64,000 nucleotides of DNA, from contig OZ024755.1 of assembly GCA_964016885.1 (NCBI GenBank), positions 36,146,001-36,210,000 of the forward strand, given 5' to 3'. The translations under genes and the position numbers were made by a program. Source of the DNA: Eledone cirrhosa. Lineage: Eukaryota. Positions 12,388 through 24,992 of this stretch are shown in pieces. Position 1 is the stretch's first letter. Each line of letters starts with the position of its first letter. Below the pieces are notes generated by a model, which ran no database searches, was not told the DNA's origin, and saw only the letters and a list, made by a program, of their open reading frames with translations.

Positions 12388-12902
12388 TAACCCATTAGCA
12401 TTTAAACCAGGCATGGACAACCTTTTACGAGAAGCGGGCCGCATGAGATATGGCTCATCATCAGGCAGGCTGCAAGCGCTAATTTACATTCGTGCCCACA
12501 TTAAAAAAAGGGGCAGCAACTCATGTTGTTTTGATTTGTTTCTTCAGAATTCGTACACGTTGTTTTCCTCGGTCGTAAAAATGATAGAAAGATAAATTAC
12601 GACTGGAAAGTTGGGGTAAAAAAATCAGAAAGATTTCACTTAGGTGACTTAGACGAGCCATTCAGAAAGCTTTGCGGGCTGCAGCTTGCCGATGACCTAT
12701 TTAAACCGACCGTATCTGGCCAAAATTCTCTCACCTCTTTCTGTTCAAACTGGCTGTAACCGGCCACTCATATACCAGTTCTCAAAATAAATAACATCAA
12801 AATCTCATAGATTCAATATCATGTGAAATAATTATATGAGCTAAAGTCTTTACCATGAAAATACAATAGTAAATATAAAGTAATGTAAATGCTATAGGGT
12901 TC
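12388..12902 (+). mobile_element. piggyBac-like MITE interrupted by a hAT MITE
   Basis: Starts taacccattagcatttaaac, resumes after 12698 and ends aaatgctatagggtt. Homologous to 18261-18488. Confidence 0.7.
12408..12698. mobile_element. hAT (Buster/Charlie-like) MITE, copy 2 (opposite orientation)
   Basis: caggcatggacaacct ... gcttgccgatgacct, with a perfect 8-bp TSD atttaaac (12400-12407 and 12699-12706). Confidence 0.85.
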
Positions 12903-13403
12903 AGCTACTACCCTAGTGGTGAGATAATTAATAATTTTAGTAAATCTGTCAAAATTCTTCATTAATTAATTGAAATAGAGTGTATTTAATTAGAGATACG
13001 GTCATTAAAGGGTTAAAAATGTTCCTGCAGTTCAACCAGCACTAACAACTTCACCCCAAATCATTTTTTACTGCCCCATAAAAATATTTGAATGACCCAA
13101 TCAATGGCTGACACATCTTGCTGTGACAGGCTACAAATCCAACATTGTACAATGGTGCAATAGTCAAGCTACAATTAACTTTAATTTCCAACATTTATAT
13201 TTATTGCTGGTGTTTTTATAAACTTATTGATTAGTTTTTGTTGCCAGATTTTGTTTCTTTCCCAGCAGAAAATGCAGCCAGTGGACTCTGTAAAGTGGTT
13301 GGTGACGTGGTATGAAAGGAATACAACTGGAGAAAGGTACTGACTGGCATGGTCTGTGATGAACCCTTACAGACCTCTGGTAGCATGGAAAAACAGATGT
13401 TAA

Positions 13404-13845
13404 ATGATGGTGATAATGATGACAATGATGATGATGGTGGCAATGGTGATGGTGATGGTGATGATGATGATGACATTGAGGGTGATTATGGTGACGATGA
13501 TGATGATGACAATGCTGGTGATTATGATGACAACGATGATGATGATGATGATGACGATGGCAATGAAACTGGTTATAATGGTGATGGTGGTAGTTATGGC
13601 GATGGTGTTGATGATGATGATGAAAGTTATGGCGATTGTGGTGATGAAGATGGTGGTGGTGATGAAGATGGTGGTGGTGATGACGATGGTGGTGGTGATG
13701 ACGATGGTGGTGGTGGTGGTGATGATGGTGATGGTGGTGGGGATGATGGTGGTGGTGATGGTGTTGATGATAATGGTGATGATGGCAATGATATTGATGA
13801 TAATGGTGATGGTGTTTGATGATGATGATGATGATGATGATGAAG
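13404..13845. repeat. degenerate (GAT/GGT)n microsatellite grown from a SINE/LINE tail
   Basis: Follows the tail motif ggtagcatggaaaaacagatgttaaa. Confidence 0.9.
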
Positions 13846-14109
13846 GAGGAGCGGAGGGTTCTACTTAGTTCCAAAGAGTTTGGCTTCAGTATTCCTTGAT
13901 TTATTCCCCCTTTCTTACTTTCAACTCTCTACAAAGAACCAATTCATGTAAATATTTTTCACCAGCTCAGTCATATCTCAGGAGATATGAGAATTTAATG
14001 AACTTCGTTAATTTTGAATTTTCACTAACATCAGGGAAGTTTATGGTGATGGGTCGAAAAATAATTTTTTTATTAGAATATATTATAGCTTATTGATTTT
14101 CATAATTCT

Positions 14110-14149
<40 letters not shown>

Positions 14150-14157
14150 GGGGGAGG

Positions 14158-14470
14158 CATCATCATCATCATCATCTTACGTCCGCTTTTCGCTGCTTGC
14201 AAGGGTGGGATGGGTCCTATTCAGTATAGCATCTCTCCACTTGTCACGGCCCTTCGTCATCATCTCCGTGGTGAGTTTCAGCGATCTGAGGTCCACTCTC
14301 ATCTCACCACCTCCTGCCACGATTTTCGTGGTCTTCCTCTACTACTGGGATTTCTCGGCACTTCTTTACCCAACGGTCATCCTCCATGCGCATCACATGT
14401 CCATACCATCTCAGCCTTCTCTCCCCCACACCACAACTTATCCCTCTTATACACAGTTTCTTTCTCAACT
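14158..14470 (-). mobile_element. RTE LINE 3' fragment
   Basis: Reverse complement of the 7750-8070 family (RRLRWYGHVMRMEDDRWVKKC) with a (GAT)n tail. Confidence 0.85.
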
Positions 14471-15201
14471 CTTCACATGTCCATACCATCTCAGTCTTCT
14501 CTCCCGCACACTACAACTTATCCCTCTTATACCCAGTTTCTCTCTCAACTCGTCACATGTCCATACCATCTCAGTCTTCTCTCTCGCACACTACAACAAC
14601 TTATCCCTCTTATACACAGTTTCTCTCTCAACTCATCACATGTCCATACCATCTCAGTCTTCTCTCCCGCACACTACAACTTATCCCTCTTATACCCAGT
14701 TTCTCTCTCAACTCGTCACATGTCCATACCATCTCAGTCTTCTCTCTCGCACACTACAACAACTTATCCCTCTTATACACAGTTTCTCTCTCAACTCATC
14801 ACATGTCCATACCATCTCAGTCTTCTCTCCCCCACACTACAACTTATCCCTCTTATACCCAGTTTCTCTCTCAACTCGTCACATGTCCATACCATCTCAG
14901 TCTTCTCTCTCGCACACTACAACTTATCCCTCTTATACACAGTTTCTCTCTCAACTCATCACATGTCCATACCATCTCAGTCTACTCTCACACACACTAC
15001 AACTTATCCCTCTTATACCCAGTTTCTCTCTCAACTCATCACATGTCCATACCATCTCAGTCATCTCTCTCGCACACTACAACTTATCCCTCTTATACCC
15101 AGTTTCTCTCTCAACTCATCACATGTCCATACCATCTCAGTCATCTCTCTCGCACACTACAACTTATCCCTCTTATACACAGTTTCTCTTTCAACTCGTC
15201 A
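14391..15201. repeat. 80/83-bp tandem array (about 10 copies) from RTE ORF2
   Basis: Unit cacatgtccataccatctcagtcttctctc..cacactacaacttatccctcttatac.cagtttctctctcaact, equal to the LINE segment ELRKKL..GISC.V.ERRLRWYGHV. Confidence 0.92.
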
Positions 15202-15211
15202 TAATAATAAT

Positions 15212-15394
15212 AATTGTTTCTACTTTTGGCACAAGGCCAGCAATTACCAGTGTATTACTGGTACTTTATTTTATCGACCCTGTAAGGATGAAAGGTAAGT
15301 TAAGCTCGGCGGGATTTGAACTCAGACCGTAAAGGGACGTAACTCTATGCGTCAAAGCATGGTGTCCGACTCTCTACCGATACTGCCAATCCAC
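15212..15394 (-). mobile_element. tRNA-derived SINE with Deu/Nin-like domain
   Basis: Reverse complement of gtggattggcagtatcggtagag..gagttcaaatccc..ctttcatccttac.gggtcgataaaataaagtaccag..ggccttgtgccaaaagtagaaac. Confidence 0.85.
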
Positions 15395-15567
15395 AATAAT
15401 AATAAACAGACAGTTTTTTTTTTTTATAAATGCCCTTGTGTTGTTAATCATGGCCACAACACCAACAGATCTCATCCATTTCCCTTGCTATGAAGGGTTG
15501 GGCAGGTCATCACAAGTAAAATGGAAGGACACAACAAGTAATATAGTCTGAAATAAAGACAGAGTGG

Positions 15568-15598
<31 letters not shown>

Positions 15599-15691
15599 TT
15601 GTGGTCATCATCATCATCATCATCATCATCATTTTACGTCCCCTTTTTCCTGCTTGCGAGGGTGGGACATGGGTTGTTATTATTGAAGCTA

Positions 15692-15907
15692 TGTGGATTG
15701 GCAGTAGCGGTAGAGCATTGGACACCATGCTTTGTAGCATAGAGTTACGGCCCTTTATGTTCTGAGTTGAAAGCCTGCCACAGTTAGCTTTGCCTTTCGT
15801 CCTTACGGGGGTCGATAAAATAAAGTACCAGTAATGCACTGGGGGTGGATTTAATCAACTTTCCCCTTCCCTTCAAATTGCCGGCCTTGTGCCTAAAGTG
15901 GAAACAA
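15692..15907 (+). mobile_element. Deu/Nin-like SINE
   Basis: Same family consensus as 15212-15394. Confidence 0.85.
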
Positions 15908-16732
15908 GTATTGAAGCTACGGAAATATGATGGCTACAGATTGATGATGTCCGACATACCCATACCAGTAATTAGCGTAGATATGGTGGCTATTTTCGCC
16001 AGCTGGGTTAAGATTTGGTTTTCAAGGACATGTGATTTTTTACTTTCCCTTGTATAGCACAGGTCTGGTGATTGGGGTCAAACATAGCTTTATACTTGAT
16101 TTTGTTCTTAATGTATTCATGCTGGTGATAAGGCAATTGACTACGTTCATTACTAGAATATCTTTGATCATACAAATACTAAACGAAGGAGCTAACACCT
16201 GAAACATGAGACAGAAACAAAATTAAACATTCACTACTCTGAAAATATTGATTTTTTTTTTACAAAAGATGTTGTGGAGGGTGTGAGACTATAACATCAA
16301 GTGTTTCAACTTGCATAAGAGTTGCACAACAATCTTTAGGCTCAATATGTCCACTCTCCTTCTTTATATCTGTTGAGCCGTGAAATTGATAATATAATTG
16401 CTTAGCTAAGCATTTAAACCAACAAATATTTTTTGAACATTTACAAAAGCAAAAAGAAAAAGAAAAAGAAAAAGAAAAAGAAAAAGAAAAAGAAAAAGTC
16501 ATACCCTCATCCCCCACCCGTCTAAAAAAAAAAAAACCTGTTTCATGTCGGTCACCAGCAAAGATGACATGCATTCTTGAAGAATATATCTCTATCAACA
16601 GAAGCATAGCTTATTCTAATGGAATTCATGTCAACTTCATTACTTTTCAAACTATTACTTTCTGCTTCCATCTTTTTCCAGTTTGCATATATATATAAAT
16701 ATGTATATATGCATATACATGTATATATGCAT

Positions 16733-16785
<53 letters not shown>

Positions 16786-16819
16786 ATGCATATATACATG
16801 TGTATATATATATATATAT

Positions 16820-17125
16820 GATGGTTGCAAAATCATGTTCAAGCATCGCCATTGCCGGATAAAATGCTAAAAAATGTGAGGCACAAATGTAGCTCTTTAA
16901 ACCAGCCAAAGACTTGCACCCTCTGGCACATACAAGGCAACTGTAGGTTCCTCCTGCACTTTCCATTGCTTTGTTCTGACTGTGTGTTCTCATGTGTCTT
17001 TTAAGACCTCCCATGTTAGCACATTCCTTCCACCTTTTCAGATCATAATCTACATGAGGTCTACTGATATGACTTTGTTTGTGTCTAGTCAAACCAGCTT
17101 TGCTCAGGCAGACTTGACCACGGCA
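16820..17125 (-). mobile_element. RTE LINE 3' end with C2H2 fingers (inverted relative to 17170-17803)
   Basis: GQVCLSKAGLTRHKQSH, GGLKRHMRTH and CLVCARGCKSLAGLKSY, ending at a TA/CAT microsatellite. Confidence 0.75.
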
Positions 17126-17169
17126 TTGGTAGAACGTTGAACAATTCAGGCACACTTGATGATGATGAT

Positions 17170-17803
17170 GAAATAGCCTTAAGAATCAAGAAAGCCAGTG
17201 GTGCTTTTGGACGGCTGCATAAATGTTTATGGTCCAGTTGAGGTATCCCTATTGAAACCAAGGTGAAAGTGTATCTAACTTGTGTTGTCTCCTCTTTGCT
17301 TTATGCTTGTGAAACGTGGGTCACATACAGAAAGCACCTCAAGGAACTCGAGAGGTTTCACCAACAATCTCTTTGTGAGTTACTTGGGGTGTGGTGGAAA
17401 ATGTTTGTCAGTGATTTGGAAGTTCTCGAATGGAGCAGGTGCGTGACTATAGAAAGCATGATCTTTCGGCATCGGTTGAGGTGGTCCGGTCACATGATCT
17501 GGATGTCTGATGATCGTATTCCAAAGCAACTTCTCTACGGAGAACTGTGTGAAGGAAGGCGACCACCACACAAACCAAAAATGCGGTACCGGGACTGTGT
17601 CAGGGGTACCTTGGCTTGTGCTGGAATTTCATCTGCCGAATGGGAGAAATAGGCTGAGGAGCGTGTGAAGTGAAGATGTTTGATCAAATCAGGAGGTGAA
17701 CACTTTGAAACCCATCGGAGAGAACACCTTACACTGAAAAGGAAGGTAAGGAAAAGAGACTGTTCTGAACTGCCTGCTGTTGAACATCATCTGGTTTGCC
17801 AGA
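17170..17803 (+). mobile_element. RTE (BovB-like) LINE ORF2 fragment
   Basis: EIALRIKKASGAFGRL..TKVKVY..LLYACETW..RLRWSGHM..RIPKQLLYGEL..HHLVCQ. Confidence 0.88.
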
Positions 17804-17809
17804 TGATGT

Positions 17810-18030
17810 TCAACAGCAGAAACAAACTACCTGCATCTGTTGTTAGCTGTCAGGACACTGCATCCTTCAAAACCTCCATACACTACACCTGATATTCCAC
17901 CTCCAAACACACACATGCATGTATCTGTGTGTATATCATGACTCATACACTGTTCACTTTCCTGACATTTGTACATTGTTCTATGTACTATACATGAACC
18001 TTTGATGAGTTGTAGTGCACATTACAAAAT
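17810..18030 (+). mobile_element. CR1/L2-like LINE 3' end
   Basis: NSRNKLPASVVSCQDTASFKTSI resembles the WN.LP..VV....L..FK C-terminal motif. Confidence 0.5.
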
Positions 18031-18074
18031 AATTTCATTATTATTATTATAAATGAAATGGTAAATGTACTTAC

Positions 18075-18181
18075 AAAGCCCAAAGAACTTGTTAATGAAA
18101 GAATCTGGCCAGGAGTTAAATGGCATTTCTCTAACCATTCCTGACTATTGGAACAATGAAACACTTCCTGGTTCATTTTAG
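18075..18181 (-). CDS. candidate internal exon of an unidentified gene (xKMNQEVFHCSNSQEWLEKCHLTPGQILSLTSSLGF)
   Basis: Strong polypyrimidine acceptor (ctttttcttttatag|), GTAAGT donor and a 107-bp open frame. Non-repetitive, with no recognised homology. Confidence 0.45.
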
Positions 18182-18260
18182 CTATAAAAGAAAAAGAAGA
18201 TAAAAAGATGTTTAAATTGACAAAGATAATAAAAACAAGTGAACATATAAAGGTGCTACC

Positions 18261-18488
18261 TTAACCCTTTAGCATTTAAACTGGCCATATCTGGCTAGAA
18301 TTCTCTCACCTCTTTCTGTTCAAACTGGCTGAAACTGGCTGCTCATACCTACATTAAGGTATTCTTTTCAAATAAATAACATCAAAATCTTGTAGATTCG
18401 ATATTATGTGAGATAATTAAGTGAGATAAAGCCTTTACCATGAAAATACAACAGCAAATATAGAATAATGTGAATGCTAAAGGATTAA
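18261..18488 (+). mobile_element. piggyBac-like MITE (~220 bp)
   Basis: TTAA-ccctttagcattt ... aatgctaaagga-TTAA, with TTAA at both ends. Confidence 0.8.
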
Positions 18489-18693
18489 AAGATCAATAAT
18501 ATTGGTTTAATTTGATAAATTAATCAACTGAATAATCTTAACTTGAGAAATTTAGGTTAGCATTTAATATAGAAATATTTGTAAACTAGAAATGCTGAAA
18601 AGTTGCTAAAGTAACACAGAAATTAGGCATTTCACAAACCTTGTCCTAAATCCCAACCATGTTTCCATACTTATTTACCTTATATACTCAGGT

Positions 18694-18922
18694 ATAACCC
18701 TTTAGCATTTAAACCAGCCAAACCTGGGCAGAATTCTTTCACCTCTCTCTGTTCAAACTGGCCATAGCTGACCACAAATACTAATGTTAAGGTATTGTTC
18801 TTAAAATAAATCATATCAAAATCTCATAGATTCAATATTATGTGAGATAATTATGCGAGGTAAAGCTTTTACCATGGAAAGATAATAGTAAATATAGAGT
18901 AATGTATATGGTAAAGAGTTAA
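18694..18922 (+). mobile_element. piggyBac-like MITE
   Basis: ataa-ccctttagcattt ... atggtaaagag-ttaa; homologous to 18261-18488. Confidence 0.78.
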
Positions 18923-19595
18923 GGCAATCTGAATATAAGCCAACACCCCTATTTTATGTCTGAGAAATGGGCAAAAATGCAAACCCCCATTTATAAGCCC
19001 AGGCAGCTAATCAACACATTGTTTAGATGGTGTATATAAGCTGACCACCCCCTCCATTTTACCTTAGATGTTTAGGGAGGTCACATCTAGAGAAGCCTCT
19101 AGCCCAGACTGTAAAGTGGTTGTGATGGCGACATGGCTAGGTGCTTTTTGTCACGTCACTAATATGTCTGAATCAGAATATTTCAAAATATGCAAAGTAG
19201 AAATAGCAGAGGCATGTTCAGAAATGCATCATGCGTATAAATATGGTAGTTAGGACAGGTTCACTCTTGTAGTTAATGTTCTTGAGAGAGGCAGTGACAT
19301 GATAACTTCTATCTAATCTGGCCGAGTTTACATTCGCAAATAAGAAGAACCAAGGCCGCCCCCAGGAGCATTGGATTTGGTGTACTTCATATTTGTTTTG
19401 GTTGCTGAATACAATCAGGGGTCACTGCTTCTCCTGAAGGTCAATAGTTCTCGTCTAACTCGAGCGGAAGCGCCTTTCCATTATCAATTTGCATTGATCA
19501 TCTGCAAAGCCACATTGTTCTCAGAACCACTACACCAGTCTTTTGATGTGTGTAGCTGGAACTACTGCCACCCATTGATTTGGCAGGATTGCAAC

Positions 19596-19734
19596 TTATT
19601 TCTACAGCTGAGTAAACTGGAGCAACATGAAATAAAGTGTCTTGCTCAAGGACACAACACATCACCCTGTCCAAGAATCAAACTCACAACCTTTCGATTG
19701 CAAGCCCAATGCTCTAACCACTAAGCCATGCGCC
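19596..19734 (-). mobile_element. CORE-type SINE 5' part
   Basis: Reverse complement of ggcgcatggcttagtggttagagc..ccttgagcaagacactttatttca. Confidence 0.8.
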
Positions 19735-21024
19735 TAACTTCCTTCCCTGTGAATCTAAGGTATTATGCCTAGCTAGGAAATCATGGCAGTACATATGCTT
19801 GTGTGCATGCACACATATACATATATACAACTTGATTTCAGGGAGAAATATCATCTATAAACATAAAATACTGCTTTGTTTAGCTCCAGTACTGTATGTC
19901 TTATTGATTTAGCCACATATCATTCTGTGAACCAATATCAAAGCAAATAAAAGACAATTTTATTAATAAGTAAGATTTACCACCAGCACCACTGCCTCAG
20001 TTGTTCCTGCTAGCTTCATATTAATCACCTCATTCTCCAACATTACAACATGTCATTCAACTTTGTAACATGCTGTTAAAAACAAGGGTTTTGAAGAATA
20101 TTTTCCATTTTTAAATTCTTTTTATTACACCCTTAAAAAATTCTTTTACTACTTGCAGCCAGCAACACAGGATGTAAATTGCATACAATATAAGACAGCA
20201 TCATCTACTTTGCAAAAACACAATTTATTGCTTCCACACAGATAACGTTTCATATATATTGTTCGATTGACAAATCAAACCTTATCTGATTAAAACTGTG
20301 ACACAGAAGTAATTTGCTGAGCTTTTTTGTAAAGAAAACATTCCTCTTTCAAATCTAAGACAGCAATGTTTTTAACACCAATCAGATTTTACTTTGCCAG
20401 TCTTCCATTCACTCATCACAAAAAAAAACATCAAAGAATAAAAAAGATGGAGGGCAGATTCACTGCAACAAGATTGAACTGCCAACATTCACAGCACAAA
20501 ACCAAATAGCATATGCATAACAGTGCATACAAGATCTCAAACAAGATTAGTCTATGACATATGTATACATTCTGCAGGGCCACAAGATAACGCCTAAGTA
20601 TTCAGACATGTAACTAGGAGGGTTGAGTGTGCCTACCAAAATTTTAAAGTAGCAATTATTATGGAAATTTGGGGTTTATCAAGAATTCTTTGTTTGAATA
20701 TTTAAAAGAAAAAGGCTGACCATCTATAAAAAGAAAAACCTCCAAATTCAATCCCAGCATGTAAATTTATGTAACAAGATTGATAAAAGAGGTACCAGTC
20801 AAGTACTGAATGTCAGATAAACCAATATGTCTACACCTGAAGTGATAGGGACTTTTTTTTTTTACACATTTCATGCTCTGATGTATAAGGAAGGAAGAGA
20901 TGTATAACAAAGTGCCAAGCACTTAAAATAGATGAGGCCTGTGGAAGAGGGTGCCGAAGGAAGACATAGGACAAAGTTGTGAGGAATAAAACTCAAGAAA
21001 CTAAAAATCACCAATGAGACAACT

Positions 21025-21195
21025 TGCTTCTTCTTCTTCGCCCACATATTCCTGAGAGAGCCGTGGGGGCAGAGTCCTCAAATACTCCTTACAGTGGGTC
21101 CTGTCAGAAGCAACCATCTCCAACTGATCCGGGTCGATACCCAAGTAAAACCAACCAAGTTCATGGATGTTATCCAGCCATCCTGCTCCATTGAC
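21025..21195 (-). mobile_element. RTE-group LINE 3' end with (GAA)n tail
   Basis: WLDNIHELGWFYLGIDPDQLEMVASDR..LRTLPPRLSQE; a related fragment lies at 47785-47925. Confidence 0.65.
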
Positions 21196-21199
21196 CAAT

Positions 21200-22370
21200 A
21201 TTTTGCCAATATTTCAATATTCTTTGCAGCCTTAATTGCAGAGTTGCTATCATTTCAAACATTTCTGTATATATTCCTAATTCTTCAACAAACTTCCTAC
21301 TTTCCTTCATGATTCAGAAAACGAATCACCTTGAAAATATCAAAGTTAATGCTTATGCTGCTTGAATTCATAGTTCCTTTAGTGTGGGACAATAATAGAT
21401 TTGTATTCCAGAAAGATATGTTGTATTTCAGGAAAGTTGATATTACTGAGGAAATTTTGAGAAGATTCAAAGTTTTCAAAATCCATAATTGGGGACCACT
21501 AGCAAATGCTTGAAATGGGACAATAATTTTTTGGAATTTTTGCTTCTATTGATTTTGGCAAGAGATATGTTATAATTTGTGTAAATCAATCAAAAGTTTT
21601 CTCAGGATTGTGCATAGTTTTATTATAACATTTTATCAATGTATCATGGGTAGCTGTTAGAGAAGATAACCAAAAGATTGGCTCTTTGTCAATGTCAGGA
21701 AACTTCCATTTGTTGGCTTTCTTTAGTGCCATAGTTATGTCTTGCCAAGTCTGCTTTTCTAAATTATGGTGTTTCTTTTATGTTCTTTATCCATTCTGCA
21801 TTCTCATTATGAGATTTTTCTGTACTCCATGCTGTTACCAAAAATTCTTCAATATCACTTGAATTGTCTGTGTCCCAATTACCCTGTAAACCTTTTTGCA
21901 TCAGACATCGACAGTTTATTTTGCCTGTAAAACCTGTTTCGCTTGTCAAATTTTCTGATTCTTTGAGCTTTCAGCTGAACTTTCTGTTGCAGGGTTTCTT
22001 TGATTGATGTAATATCAGGTTTTGAAGTTACATTCTATTTCTTAATCCCTTTCCTTCCTCTTTTTGAGTTAACAGATTTGCCAGCATATATTTCATCAAT
22101 GATCGATATTCCTCCTTCCATTTCAATTTCTTTCTCAAAGGATTTAGTTTTTTTGTTTTTTTTGTGAGTGTTGTGTCCTTGTTTGCTTTTTCCTTGACAC
22201 GCACTTACTTTTTATTACTGTTGCTGCTGCATAACTAACCTCACTCAATTCTGATACATCAGGTTCCATTCTTTCAATTATTGCCTTACAATTGTGGCTT
22301 CATTTCCAATTATGTGTCTTTTGTTTTCCAAGTTTTCCATTGAGAATATCATGTTTTGTTTGTTCTATTC
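21200..22370 (-). mobile_element. decayed R4/Dong-like non-LTR retrotransposon
   Basis: Minus-strand pieces WSTEKSHNENAEWIK, ALKKANKWKFPDID..IFWL..L, TYLLPK..KNYCPI match the pre-RT region of R4-clade elements; many stops and frameshifts. Confidence 0.65.
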
Positions 22371-23293
22371 AATCTTTATGATCATCATCATCATCCAGTT
22401 TTTGATTATGCAGGACACAATTAATCCCTAAGTAGGAGTGGGTGCTGCCTGACAGCACTTCTTAGTGTCCCTCTCCATGTGATTCTGTCTGCTGGTCTCA
22501 CTTTGGCCAGGCCTGGCCAAGCCTAGCTTGATCCGGAGTGGCATCCTCAATCCTCCTGGATCGACATTCACTAAAAATATTCTCATCCATACTGTCGATC
22601 TTTCAGCTTGGCCATTCCCTGTTGTATTTCTAACACTTCAGATATTTTTGGTGACATTTCTTCCGGTGACAACTTTATCAATAACATCTGTTGTTTCTCT
22701 CCAGTCACATATTCATTTTCACCCCCCTTTTCATGTTGATATTCTCAAATCTTTTTCAACTTTCTTCTTAATTTTATTTAATAAGTTAAAAGTTTGTTTT
22801 CATCAATATTTGCATTCATTTCTGGATTCCTTTCCAGTGATTCCCAACGTGTGAAGTGAATGCTCCACAGGGAAGAAATTTGAATATTTATGGGGGGCAT
22901 TTGAAAATAATGTTAATGAAAACAAACTTCAGGTTTATCTTATTACTCCAAAGCTACTGTCGGAAACTATTATTTCACCTCTTCCACATGTTACTGTACA
23001 TCTGGCATCACCTATACACCAATTCCTTTACACTTTGCAGTTGATCATCGCTGTTTTATTATTCACGTGGATGGGGCATTACAATGTTTGAGATGTTGAG
23101 GTGGAGCATGGTACACAAAAGGTTGGAAATCACTGCTCTATACCCTAAAACAATTTACAGATGGTTTGCACAATGAGTGACAGAATACATATCGACAGTC
23201 AATTGACTTTCGTCAAATCGGACCGAGGACACAATGTTTCCATTGGTCTTTCCCATTGCTAATACTATCTATCGGTCGCAACTCCAGGTAGAA

Positions 23294-23412
23294 GGAGCAA
23301 CATGAAATAAAGTGTCTTGCTCAAGGACATAACACATCGCCTGGTCCAGGAATCAAACTCACAACCTCACAATTGCGAATTCAATTCCCTAACCACTCAG
23401 CTACATGCTTTC
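23294..23412 (-). mobile_element. CORE-type SINE 5' part
   Basis: ggagcaacatgaaataaagtgtcttgctcaagga, as at 19596-19734. Confidence 0.75.
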
Positions 23413-24220
23413 CAATATCATTTCTTTATACTCTTCTCGAGTCCATTTGATACATTTAGAGCTTTATTCCTTTTTTGTGGTGCTGAACTTAGAGGACTTG
23501 GGTTAAGATTACTCTTGTTCAAGTGACCATCTAAGTCCATATTTGGAGAAGAGCTTGTTTCAACTGCAGACTTTTTGATGACAGGCAAGAATGGGTAGCT
23601 AGTTTTCCTCCACCTGACAGCTTTGGTGACAGAACATGTGTGGTGGATGTAGTAAAAACATTGAGAACAAGGATTCTGATCTCTGACCAACACTTCTTCA
23701 ACTTAGTTCCACATGAAGAGGAAGGTGAGAATACAGCCACCAGTGGGAGAAGATGACCCTGAGATTGATGAAGCTATTTTGATCATCTGATTGGAAGCAA
23801 GAGGCACAACAACTAAGAGAGGGCACTTATGTGCAGACACACACACAGAGGCAGACATGAGCACGCACGCACACACACACACACACGACATACTTACAAA
23901 CAGACGCGAGCACACACACACATGTGGACATTTGCACACACACACACACAGTCATATGCTCAACACATATACACTTATGGACAAACATAAGCACACACAC
24001 GCACACATACTCACTGACTGAAATATGCACACTCCCATACATACACACAGACACACACACAGCATCTATTTTTAAAAGGCAAACCTCAAACATCCTTTGA
24101 GTGTAAATAAACTCAGTGTAAATAGTTTTAAATTTGGCTGCCATTTCTTGCAATAAACAGAACCTATTTCATAGTCTCTCAATTTGAATAATTAGATGAT
24201 CTTACACATACTATGGTTGG

Positions 24221-24961
24221 GAGAGTGTGTAGAAGAGAGTGTGTGTGGGAGAGAGAGTGTGTGTTGAGAGTGAGAGAGTGTTGAGAGAGTGTGTGTGTGT
24301 GAGAGAGAGTGTGTGTGTGTGAGAGAGAGTGTGTTGAGAGTGAGAGAGTGTTGAGAGAGTGTGTGTGTGTGAGAGAGAGTGTGTGTGAGAGAGTGTGTGT
24401 GAGAGAGTGTGTGTGTGAGAGAGAGTGTGTTGAGAGTGAGAGAGTGTTGAGAGAGTGTGTGTGTGTGAGAGAGAGTGTGTGTGAGAGAGAGTTTTTGTGA
24501 GAGAGTGTGTTGAGAGAGAGAGAGAGTGTGTGTGAGAGAGAGTGTGTTGAAGAGTGTGTGTGTGAGAGAGAGTGTGTGAGAGAGAGAGTGTGTTGAGAGA
24601 GAGAGAGAGTGTGTGTGAGAGTGTGTAGAAGAGTGTGTGTGTGAGAGAGAGTGTGTGAGAGAGAGAGTGTGTTGAGAGAGCGTGTTGAGAGAGAGAGAAA
24701 GTGTGTGTGAGAGAGAGTGTGTAGAAGAGTGTGTGTGAGAGAGAGTGTGTGAGAGAGAGAGTGTGTTGAGAGAGAGAGTGTGTTGAGAGAGAGAGTGTGT
24801 TGAGAGAGAGAGAGTGTGTAGAAGAGTGTGTGTGTGAGAGAGAGTGTGTGAGAGAGAGAGTGTGTTGAGAGAGAGAGTGTGTTGAGAGAGAGAGTGTGTT
24901 GAGAGAGAGAGTGTGTTGGGAGAGAGAGAGAGAGTGTGTGTGAGAGAGAGTGTGTAGAAGA

Positions 24962-24992
<31 letters not shown>

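Noticed and set aside
16655-17155. C2H2 zinc-finger gene
   Set aside because: The fingers are degenerate, join the adjacent RTE ORF2 and end in a LINE-type tail.
23418-23790. Possible minus-strand exon (91-aa ORF)
   Set aside because: No convincing splice-site pair and no recognised homology.
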